The notes: generated from the sequence alone by a model not told the origin. A stretch of 11,937 nt of DNA from Chlamydiae bacterium RIFCSPHIGHO2_12_FULL_49_11 (GCA_001794905.1 MGLW01000059.1:13342-25278), one strand, 5' to 3'. Positions 1-7,607 are shown, counted from the first letter of the stretch. Made by a program: numbers and translations.

Positions 1-1
1 G

Positions 2-976
2 GGTCTTGTTTCCTATTTGCTCTTTTCTTTTTTGCAAAAAAAAATCTTGTTCTCGTTTTCTCCTCTCCGCGGAGCAAAAAAAATAGCTCCGTTTTTAGTG
101 TTTGCTACTCTGTTTGTTTTTGCAATGTCGACATTTTTGGGGGGCCTTGCAGACATGCACATCGCCCTCACTTTCACCCAGGTGCTCGCTATCAGTTCGC
201 TCACAGGCCTTTTCGGATTTGTGATCGCCTACGTCTTGCTCAGTAAAATCCACAAAACTTCGCGTATCAATCCGCATGCCGCCCTGAAACAAGAAGCGCA
301 GCTTTACAGCCTCGGTAAAATCCAAAAACATCTCGCCCGGCTTTCCATACACACTTCCGACGACCATCGCGATGAAATCATGCGACTGCACCGATTTGCC
401 GAAACAATGACGACCGAAATCAAAACGCTAGGCAATTGGGATTCTCATCTCACGTACGATTACCAAATGGTCGAGCGCATTTTTGGCATCTTGCAAATTC
501 TTTCCGCCTGTTTTATCGCTTTTGCTCATGGTGCCAACGATGTAGCCAATGCGATCGGACCTGTATCGGCCGTCTTCGAACTTCTCAAAAACCCCACCCT
601 GCTCCTCAGACAAACGCTCATCTCCCCGTGGCTTCTTGCTTTCGGCGGGCTCGGGGTTGTCTTCGGCCTTGCCACGTATGGGTGGCGCGTCATCGAAACG
701 ATCGGGAAGAACATCACCCAGCTCACTCCGACGCGCGGCTTCTCAGCCGAATTTGCCGCCGCCACCACTATCCTCGTCGCTTCCAAGCTTGGCTTGCCGA
801 TCTCAACCACACATAGCATCGTCGGCGCCGTTTTAGGCGTCGGCTTAGCAAAAGGTCTCTCTGCCCTCAATCTTCGCCTCGTGCGCGACATTTTTCTCTC
901 ATGGATCATCACGATCCCCTCATCGGCGATCTGTTCGGTCCTCCTCTTTTTCCTCTTGAAATTTCTCTTCTCATAA
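2..976 (+). CDS. pit: Inorganic phosphate transporter, PiT family (5'-truncated by window edge)
   Basis: Frame is open from position 2 (GLVSYLLF...) to TAA at 974-976. It has the C-terminal PiT signature AHGANDVANAIGP plus GWRVIETIGKNIT, RGFSAEF and LGLPISTTH, and many hydrophobic segments. Confidence 0.95.
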   Translation, partial: GLVSYLLFSFLQKKILFSFSPLRGAKKIAPFLVFATLFVFAMSTFLGGLADMHIALTFTQVLAISSLTGLFGFVIAYVLLSKIHKTSRINPHAALKQEAQLYSLGKIQKHLARLSIHTSDDHRDEIMRLHRFAETMTTEIKTLGNWDSHLTYDYQMVERIFGILQILSACFIAFAHGANDVANAIGPVSAVFELLKNPTLLLRQTLISPWLLAFGGLGVVFGLATYGWRVIETIGKNITQLTPTRGFSAEFAAATTILVASKLGLPISTTHSIVGAVLGVGLAKGLSALNLRLVRDIFLSWIITIPSSAICSVLLFFLLKFLFS

Positions 977-1008
977 AAGAGTAAATGCAAAAAAATGAAA
1001 GGGTGAAA

Positions 1009-1728
1009 ATGCGATCGTGGTTTTTTTTCCTCTTATTGCTTTTTTGCTGTTGCACGAGCATCCATAGAAAAACGGTTTTGGTGGGAATCGATCCTACCTT
1101 CTACCCTGCTCCGATCGGCTTGCAGCAAGATGCCATCCTCGGGTTCACCCTTGATCTTCTCGATGCCGTTTCGGTCAAAATAGGCTACAAACTCAAGCCG
1201 TACAACATGAGCTGGGATAACCTCATCGACGGCCTCAAAATGCACAAATACCCCCTTATCATTTCTACCTTTTGTCCTACTCCCTCCACATGCAACCAAT
1301 TTGCTTTCACGGCCGTTTTTCTCGAAACCGGCCCCCTCCTCGTCGTTCCCAAATTCAGTCCGATCAAAGATTTGTGCGACCTCGACGATAAAATTGTAGG
1401 GATCGAGCGGCGGCCGCAAGAAATCGGACTCATTACCACTTTTCCCGCCATCGACTTTGTATTTTACAATTCCGTGGAAGAAGCGCTCTCGTGGACCATC
1501 GATGAAGAGTTTGATGCCGCTCTCGTTCCGAACATTCTCGCAAGAGCCTATGTGAACAACCTTTTCGAAAATGGCCTTGCCATTGCAAATCACAATCCGG
1601 TGATTACCGAAGGCTTTCGCTTCATTTCACTCATCGAGAAAAACGAACTGCTCCTTGCCGAAATCACCCGCGCCATCGAATCGCTACAAGACGAAATCCA
1701 TAGGCTCATGCAAAAATGGTCCCTTTAG
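1009..1728 (+). CDS. Polar amino-acid ABC transporter substrate-binding protein (SBP family 3, FliY/GlnH/ArtJ-like), probable lipoprotein
   Basis: Motifs VGIDPTFYP, GFTLDLLDAV, SWDNLIDGL, FT..FLETG.LLVV and DL.DK.VG fit family-3 SBPs. The ATG at 1009 follows AAAGGGTG and gives a short signal peptide ending in Cys (MRSWFFFLLLLFCCC). An alternative start is 985. No cognate permease or ATPase is in the window. Confidence 0.85.
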   Translation: MRSWFFFLLLLFCCCTSIHRKTVLVGIDPTFYPAPIGLQQDAILGFTLDLLDAVSVKIGYKLKPYNMSWDNLIDGLKMHKYPLIISTFCPTPSTCNQFAFTAVFLETGPLLVVPKFSPIKDLCDLDDKIVGIERRPQEIGLITTFPAIDFVFYNSVEEALSWTIDEEFDAALVPNILARAYVNNLFENGLAIANHNPVITEGFRFISLIEKNELLLAEITRAIESLQDEIHRLMQKWSL

Positions 1729-1800
1729 GGCGTGTCGTCAAATAATTCCCCATTTCCGAATTTATAACGAGTTGTCAAGGAAAGAACTACCGGTACGTGT
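1726..1800. repeat. Possible truncated arm of a second small repeat/MITE-like element starting at the SBP stop codon
   Basis: Begins TAGGGCGTGTCGTCAAAT exactly at the TAG stop, which from memory resembles the termini of small IS5-type-derived palindromic repeats. I found no matching right end in the window. Confidence 0.3.
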
Positions 1801-1802
1801 TA

Positions 1803-1963
1803 TACCAAACGCAAGAAATACTTTCACAAATTCGGAATCATCTAACGGTCACCTTTGAACGATCCTTTCTCACTCATATTTAAAAATATGGGTTTCGAAA
1901 TGATCGTTCAAATCTGCCTCGTTATCTGGCTCGAATTTATGACATTATTTCTTGCGTTCGGTA
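1803..1963. mobile_element. 161-bp palindromic non-autonomous element (MITE-like) with TTA direct repeats
   Basis: Terminal inverted repeats 1803-1834 / 1932-1963 match 28/32. Inner perfect IR TTTGAACGATC 1854-1864 / GATCGTTCAAA 1902-1912. Central CATATTT-AA-AAATATG at 1875-1890. All share an axis near 1883. Flanked by TTA at 1800-1802 and 1964-1966. No transposase ORF. Confidence 0.75.
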
Positions 1964-2155
1964 TTAGATAGTGTCCTCGCTAGAGGAGGAGGCCTCTTTA
2001 CTACGTAAGAGTTCAAATGTCTTTTGCAGAAACCATTGATGAACGGCTTCATGCTCTTGTTGTTCTATGATTTGGGGTAACGCGGATTCGGCCACATCTT
2101 CCGCCGATGCGGCAAAACATAATAAAACCTGTCCGGCATTGACAATATGATTCAT
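1964..2155 (-). CDS. 63-aa internally deleted paralogue of the adjacent LRR protein (microprotein or in-frame gene remnant)
   Basis: aa 1-31 (MNHIVNAGQVLLCFAASAEDVAESALPQIIE) match LRR aa 1-31 (MNRIVNAGQVLLRFATSAEDVDESALLQIKE). aa 32-63 align without gaps to LRR aa 370-401 (QQEHE...LLRSKEASSSSEDT vs QREYE...LLRSNEAASSSDDT). Upstream TCAAAC-ATG context and an AAGGA are retained. Confidence 0.7.
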   Translation of the reverse strand: MNHIVNAGQVLLCFAASAEDVAESALPQIIEQQEHEAVHQWFLQKTFELLRSKEASSSSEDTI

Positions 2156-2161
2156 GTTTGA

Positions 2162-3397
2162 CTATCTTTTCCTTTTCTTGGAGCTGATATTATTTGTAGT
2201 GTCATCGCTTGAAGAGGCGGCCTCATTGCTGCGTAAGAGTAACGAATGAGATTCTCCAAACTCGATTCTTGGACCTTCATATTCTCTTTGTCTACTGAGC
2301 GTATAATAGCGACATCGATCTTCTGTAGAAATGGCGCAATGGGATAGCGTAACATTGCTATCTCGTGGAAGCTGAAATATACCATTTGGTAATCTCTGTA
2401 ATGGATTATGGGAGCAGTAGAGTCTTTGTAGCTGTGGAAGGTCGGATAGATGAAGTCCGGTTAAAGCGCAATCATGACAATCAACTTCCGCGAGTTTGTT
2501 CAATCTTTCCAGTGTAAGCTCCCGTAATAAGTGATTACCGCTAAAGAAGAGTGTTTGTAGCTGCGGAAGGTCAGATAGACGAAATCTAGTTAAAGCGCAA
2601 CCATCACAATAAACTTTCGCAAGTTCATTCAATCTTTCCAGTGTAAGTTCCTGTAATGAATAATTATTGCTGGAGAAGAGTATTTGTAGCTGTGGAAGGT
2701 CAGACAGATGAAGTCTAGTTAAAGCGCAACGACTACAATACACTTTCATAAGTGTATCCAATCTTTCCAGCATAAGTTCGTGTAATGGATTATAGGAGCA
2801 GTAGAGTATTTTTAGCTGTGGAAGGTCAGATAGATAAAGACTAGTTAAAGCGCAACTATGACAATCAACGTCCGCAAGTTTATCCAATCTTTCCAGCGTA
2901 AGTTCCTGTAATGGATTATCGGAGCAGTCGAGTGTTTGTAGCTGCGGAAGGTCAGATAGATGAATCTTATCTATTGCGCATCCGTTGCAATTCAAGAGAG
3001 TTACATTGAGTATGCGTAATGCTTTGTGTGGAAGAGAAGTCAATTTTAAACCGGAAAAATAGAGGCTAGTATCATGGTTTTTGAAGCAAGAGATGATTTT
3101 TTGTTTGGCTAGGTCTACGTTTCCTGCGCTTTGCCACTTGTCCAGTTCAAGAAATTGCTCGATAGCGGGATCGTTCCATAGATGAAGAGTTTTATGGACG
3201 ATAGATTGTATTTCTTCTCTATTTTGCTGAAAACCGATGCGGCCGGTCAGGGTTCGAGCAAGGTTCCCGGCTCCTCGTGCAACATGGGCGATGGTTTGCA
3301 GGGCTTCTTTGATTTGTAGTAAAGCGGATTCGTCCACATCTTCCGCCGATGTGGCAAAACGTAATAAAACCTGTCCGGCATTGACAATACGATTCAT
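2162..3397 (-). CDS. Leucine-rich repeat protein, putative secreted effector
   Basis: Strong RBS AAGGAG 12 nt upstream of the ATG. LxxLxCSxNxL repeats and an N-cap-like segment (AKQKIISCF...SLYFSGLKLTSLP) similar to bacterial LRR effectors. Ser-rich tail ending SSKKRKR. Confidence 0.92.
   Translation of the reverse strand: MNRIVNAGQVLLRFATSAEDVDESALLQIKEALQTIAHVARGAGNLARTLTGRIGFQQNREEIQSIVHKTLHLWNDPAIEQFLELDKWQSAGNVDLAKQKIISCFKNHDTSLYFSGLKLTSLPHKALRILNVTLLNCNGCAIDKIHLSDLPQLQTLDCSDNPLQELTLERLDKLADVDCHSCALTSLYLSDLPQLKILYCSYNPLHELMLERLDTLMKVYCSRCALTRLHLSDLPQLQILFSSNNYSLQELTLERLNELAKVYCDGCALTRFRLSDLPQLQTLFFSGNHLLRELTLERLNKLAEVDCHDCALTGLHLSDLPQLQRLYCSHNPLQRLPNGIFQLPRDSNVTLSHCAISTEDRCRYYTLSRQREYEGPRIEFGESHSLLLRSNEAASSSDDTTNNISSKKRKR
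2395..2965 (-). repeat. Intragenic tandem repeat, ~4.5 units of 126/126/129/129 bp (each unit = two LRRs, 42-43 aa)
   Basis: Anchor GCTGYGGAAGGTC starts at 2431, 2560, 2689, 2815 and 2941 (spacings 129, 129, 126, 126). TTAAAGCGCA and CAATCTTTCCAG also recur once per full unit. Confidence 0.95.
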
Positions 3398-3427
3398 GTT
3401 TGATTATTTCTCCTTGAGGTTATTAAA

Positions 3428-6400
3428 TTATTCGGTAGCACCGTATTCTAAAAGAGTTTTCTCGACTTCCTCGGTTCCGTATCGGCGCGCAAGCCGCAAG
3501 GGAGTCATCCCTTCCGCATCGACAGCATTGGGATCGGCTCCTCTTTCAATGTAACGGACAATATGTTCTCGAGTAAGAGAATGCCTTGGTCGAATCGCTC
3601 CGAGGAGGCTTCCTGCTCTTTGCACTTCAATTTTCAAGTAATCTGCCATTTCATCTGTCATCAGCATAGCAAATACTTGAACCATCCACGGGGCGCGCTC
3701 TCTTTCGGCACGCCACAGGATCACACGCATTAAATCCGCCCATGCATAGGATGTATCGAACTGCATTGAATCGGTTTGATCCCATACTGTTTTAAGCTCT
3801 TGTTCCTTTTGCACCCTTTGGGAAAGAAGAGTTTTCCGTTTGTCTGCCTGAGTTTCGGCATTGAGCGCCTTCACGACATTATTTAAGTGTAGCTCTGCCT
3901 TGTGTGCCATTTCGGCAAACTCGGGGTTATGCGCTAGAATCACTTGCCTTGCCTGTACAAAATGATCCCGAAGGCTCACCATTTCCTGGATACAGCTAAA
4001 TGAGGCAGTATTACGGGATTGAAATAATCGGTAAAGGGAGACTCCTTGCGCGTGCACGCGCTTTGCGAGTTCCACGTTACCGGCTCTCAAGGCAAATTCA
4101 AAAGTGCTTCTTCGGAACTCGGGCGTCGTCGTTTCGTCGTAATAATTCCTCATCGTTTTGCCACGATATACATGTTGTGTCCAGGTCAGTTTCCCCTTGG
4201 AAAAAATCCGCTCAGTATTCATTTTGTGCCCCTTAAGGCCGGGAAGTGGGAGCAAATTCCGGATGTGATACAAATATGCCCGGATCTCATCCCTGATTTT
4301 TTTTCCTTCCCGGAGTAGCGTAATGACTGCCTGTTTGTCACCGGGAGAAAAATCATTCCGCCCTAAAAGGGCATCCTCCGGCGTCACTTGGTCTATATTC
4401 GGCTTGTCCACCGAGTCGTAAGCACCGTAATGGAGTAAAAGAGATACTATCTTTAGAACTCTAGTGGCCGGTTTATTGTATTTGACCGCTTGATACAGAG
4501 GGGTAGCCGACACCGAGCCCCATAATTCCAAAAAGCGGACACCCCCGTTTTCAAGCACATATCTCACACGCTCCGCACAACAAGACCTTGCCGCAGCGTG
4601 CAAATAAGTAAATCCGCCTCCGGTAACATTATTCATGTCAGCGCGTGCTCCCGCTCCGATGAGCATCCGGATTGTCTCTTCATCGGCTCCGGCAAAGAGT
4701 GCCTGCATCAGTAACGGCCTACCGCCGTCGGCTTGAGGAACACTATCCACCCTTCCTCCCGCTTCCAGAAGCAATTTTACCACGCGCCGTGCTCCCTGCT
4801 GATTTTTCATACGGGATTCAAATGCAAATGCACATTGAATGACACCCCATCCAAACGGGTCCTGGGTGAGCAAATAGACAGAGGGCTGTGCCCCAAACTT
4901 GAGCAAGGTAGCAAGCATACCATCGTTGTGAAACTTTGCGGCATAATGAAGCGCAGTCCAACCCCCCACATCTTGGTGATTGACAGTGTCTTGGGCTCCT
5001 TTTTGGAGTAAAAGTTCGAGACACCTCTCTCCACCTCTGCGTATAAGTTTCATTAGAGGGGTAGAGTTATACTGACTCACACGAGAAATACACTTAGAGA
5101 CCTCGTTGCGGCCAAGGAGCCACTCGACAAATTCCCACTTCGAGTTCTCTATTGCGAGCATCAAAATTGTCGTTCCGGGACCCGTAAAATCAGATTCAAA
5201 AAAAGAGGGAGGGAAAAAGGGTGCCATGGAAATAAAAAAATCGATATTCCCGAGTTTATAAGCTTGAGCAGCAAAGGATCTCTGCTTCTCTTCATCAAAC
5301 CCCTCGGAAACAAACGATGCAGCTGCCGCTTTGATAAGATCGTTTTCGATCATATCGATGGGGAGTTTCCCGTCCCCGTTCGGAATATCCAACCGAGCTC
5401 CCTGTTGATAAAGCATCATGGCCAAACGTAGGCACCCACACTTCAAAACAAGGTGCAAAGCCGTATTTTGGTTGTACTTTTCGGACGACAGATTGAGCTT
5501 TTCTTGCGAATACAACGGGAAGACCCTTTCCACTATTGCAAGATTCTCTGCATGTGCCGCTGCAATGAGAAGCTCCCTTTTTTCGTGGGGATAAAGCAGC
5601 TCCTCCGGAGTTCCTCTAGTGAGGCCACCCTCCACCGCAATCAAAGCCACACCGACGGGCGCAGTAAAATGAATCGATTCGGTCATAAAAAATTGCATTC
5701 CGGTACCACGGTACGATTTCGTAGCAAGTTGAAATAAAAAGGAAGATTTTCCCTCAGTATTCATTTGCCCTGCTCTTATTATGTCTCTTTGCAACACATC
5801 AGGGGAGAGTTGAAATAGTATGACCTCGTCGAAATTGCCTTTTAAAGCAAGAGAGTAAGGGGTGTGCCCTTCGTTATTTTGCACATTTAAAGAAGAGCTT
5901 GTACATGAGTACAAGAGTAATAATCTGATAATGTTTATATTGCCCCACAGGACGGCAAGATGGAGCGGAGTATTTCCGTCTTGATTTTGCTCAGATATGA
6001 GACTTTGATTTCCTACAATCCCCGCAATTATTTGATAGACCGCAAGGGGAAAGCGCCGCAAAATAGCATGGTGGAAGAGCGTCATTTGGTTTTGTATCAT
6101 GAGGATATCGCCGGGAGCAGAGTGAGCAAGCAAATACATCACCACTTTCTCATCACAGTGCTGCATGGCATAAAACAGCACCGGCGGATGCTGAGAAAAA
6201 GACATAGGGATGGTCACTTTGGCCCCGTGAGCAAAAAGAAGCTCCATCATGGCAATCTGTACTTCGGGACCGATTTTGGATTCCGCTAATCGGGCCACGA
6301 GATGCAAGGGGGAACACGTATCTTTATTCTGTGCAAAATGTGTCACCGACGGAGCGGCCCCATTTTCAAGGAGGAGCTGAAGCATGGGCAAGTTCCCTTT

Positions 6401-7549
6401 TTTTGCCGCAATTTGAAGAGGGGTCCATTGCAATTTTCCGGCGGGGGTATTGACAGCCGCCCGGGCGCCCAATCCCAGAAGCATCTTTGCTACCTCAATC
6501 CGGTCATAGTGGACGGCAAGAGCAATGAGAGTCATCCCATCGTTTAAGGGAGCATCGATGACACCTTTGCCATAGGGAATAAGAGCGCACATCTGATTGC
6601 TTGCATGAGCGATGGCATAGGCGAGAGGATGGCATGCCGTTTTGGTTTCTCGGCAAAAAATTTCCGGAGCGCCGTATTCGAGTAAAAAACCCACCAGTTC
6701 AATATTATTGCTACGGATGGCATCATAAAAAAAAGGAGTGAGGGAGCAAACCCGCGTAATTTCTTCTCGTGACGTGTGCGGCACGAGATAAGCAGCGATG
6801 TCGTTTTTTCCTGCAATCACCGCCATGGAAAAGGGAGTGTTGTGCGCAGTAATGGTGGCAATTTTAGCCATGGGGGCGGCTCCTCGGGAAATAAGAAGCT
6901 CTACCATGGCCGTCGAAGTATATTTGGCAGCAACGTGAAGGGCAGTGACGTGATTGGATTCAGTCATATAATCAGGGACAGCTCCGGTACTATGATCGAG
7001 ACAATACCGGACCAATTCAACGTCTCCATGCTTGATGGCAAAAAATAGAGCCGGCTCTTTCTCTGATGAAAGCGTATGCATTGTCTTAACGGCCCCATGG
7101 GCGATAAGCAGGTGAGCTTTTTCTCTCGTCACGTCCTTGGGAATCGTTTCAGATACAAAGATGAGCATAAGGGGAGTGCCATGAAAAGCATCCCCGGTCA
7201 CCCGTGAAACCGACTCGGAAGCGCCGTGTTCCAATAAGAGAAGCATGAGCTCGGTACTTCCATACTTGGCGGCATAGTGAAGCGGGGTCCATCCTGTCTT
7301 CGGAACCCCCTCATTCACCATCGATTGCCCCCCGTGCTCGAGAAGCAGTCGTACGATCTCAATATTATTATTTTTAGTTGCAATGTGCATCAGGTTCATT
7401 GCCGTCGAACTCTGTGGCAATTCGGCGCCTCTCTCCAGCAAACGCTGCAGCGCAGCCGTATCGTTTGAAGAAACGGCAGTCCGAAGATCCTTTTGTTCTG
7501 AGCCCCATTCGGGAGCGAAAAAAGCATTACAGCCGTGAATTGGTTCCAT
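3428..7549 (-). CDS. Large ankyrin-repeat protein (~1373 aa), putative host-interaction effector
   Basis: Many ankyrin motifs (GWTPLHYAAKYG, WTPLQIAAKKGN, GNTPLHLAVLWGN, GWTALHYAAK, GADPNAVDAEGMTPLRLA). I prefer the start at 7549 (MEPIHG, preceded by GGGG) over 7666, which would overlap glgP and run through an AT-rich spacer. Confidence 0.93.
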   Translation of the reverse strand: MEPIHGCNAFFAPEWGSEQKDLRTAVSSNDTAALQRLLERGAELPQSSTAMNLMHIATKNNNIEIVRLLLEHGGQSMVNEGVPKTGWTPLHYAAKYGSTELMLLLLEHGASESVSRVTGDAFHGTPLMLIFVSETIPKDVTREKAHLLIAHGAVKTMHTLSSEKEPALFFAIKHGDVELVRYCLDHSTGAVPDYMTESNHVTALHVAAKYTSTAMVELLISRGAAPMAKIATITAHNTPFSMAVIAGKNDIAAYLVPHTSREEITRVCSLTPFFYDAIRSNNIELVGFLLEYGAPEIFCRETKTACHPLAYAIAHASNQMCALIPYGKGVIDAPLNDGMTLIALAVHYDRIEVAKMLLGLGARAAVNTPAGKLQWTPLQIAAKKGNLPMLQLLLENGAAPSVTHFAQNKDTCSPLHLVARLAESKIGPEVQIAMMELLFAHGAKVTIPMSFSQHPPVLFYAMQHCDEKVVMYLLAHSAPGDILMIQNQMTLFHHAILRRFPLAVYQIIAGIVGNQSLISEQNQDGNTPLHLAVLWGNINIIRLLLLYSCTSSSLNVQNNEGHTPYSLALKGNFDEVILFQLSPDVLQRDIIRAGQMNTEGKSSFLFQLATKSYRGTGMQFFMTESIHFTAPVGVALIAVEGGLTRGTPEELLYPHEKRELLIAAAHAENLAIVERVFPLYSQEKLNLSSEKYNQNTALHLVLKCGCLRLAMMLYQQGARLDIPNGDGKLPIDMIENDLIKAAAASFVSEGFDEEKQRSFAAQAYKLGNIDFFISMAPFFPPSFFESDFTGPGTTILMLAIENSKWEFVEWLLGRNEVSKCISRVSQYNSTPLMKLIRRGGERCLELLLQKGAQDTVNHQDVGGWTALHYAAKFHNDGMLATLLKFGAQPSVYLLTQDPFGWGVIQCAFAFESRMKNQQGARRVVKLLLEAGGRVDSVPQADGGRPLLMQALFAGADEETIRMLIGAGARADMNNVTGGGFTYLHAAARSCCAERVRYVLENGGVRFLELWGSVSATPLYQAVKYNKPATRVLKIVSLLLHYGAYDSVDKPNIDQVTPEDALLGRNDFSPGDKQAVITLLREGKKIRDEIRAYLYHIRNLLPLPGLKGHKMNTERIFSKGKLTWTQHVYRGKTMRNYYDETTTPEFRRSTFEFALRAGNVELAKRVHAQGVSLYRLFQSRNTASFSCIQEMVSLRDHFVQARQVILAHNPEFAEMAHKAELHLNNVVKALNAETQADKRKTLLSQRVQKEQELKTVWDQTDSMQFDTSYAWADLMRVILWRAERERAPWMVQVFAMLMTDEMADYLKIEVQRAGSLLGAIRPRHSLTREHIVRYIERGADPNAVDAEGMTPLRLARRYGTEEVEKTLLEYGATE

Positions 7550-7565
7550 TAAAACCCCGTTAAGA

Positions 7566-7594
7566 ATTGTACGAAATCCAAACTTAAAAATCAG
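7566..7594 (-). promoter_or_regulatory. Possible sigma70/sigma66-type promoter for the ankyrin gene
   Basis: Minus strand reads CTGATT-17 nt-TACAAT, ending 16 nt before the ATG at 7549, within an AT-rich 58-bp spacer. The -35 match is weak. Confidence 0.3.
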
Positions 7595-7607
7595 TATAAG
7601 AATTATT

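Noticed and set aside
36-1028. Homopolymer runs (A9 at 36-44, T8 at 1021-1028) as phase-variation sites
   Set aside because: Both genes are in frame, and A/T runs of this length are common throughout the window.
526-1593. 154-aa and 186-aa minus-strand ORFs
   Set aside because: Antisense shadows of the PiT and SBP genes with no independent support.
1655-1858. 67-aa ORF running into the palindromic element
   Set aside because: Non-ATG start inside the SBP gene, no RBS, no motif, and it crosses repeat boundaries.
1803-1963. Hairpin as a tRNA, known riboswitch or simple rho-independent terminator
   Set aside because: No cloverleaf or recognisable aptamer. It is far longer than a terminator and lacks a GC-rich short stem with a U-tract.
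2395-2965. Tandem repeats as a CRISPR array or a diversity-generating retroelement target
   Set aside because: Units are in-frame coding repeats similar along their full length, with no unique spacers. There is no cas or reverse transcriptase gene and no separate template repeat in the window.
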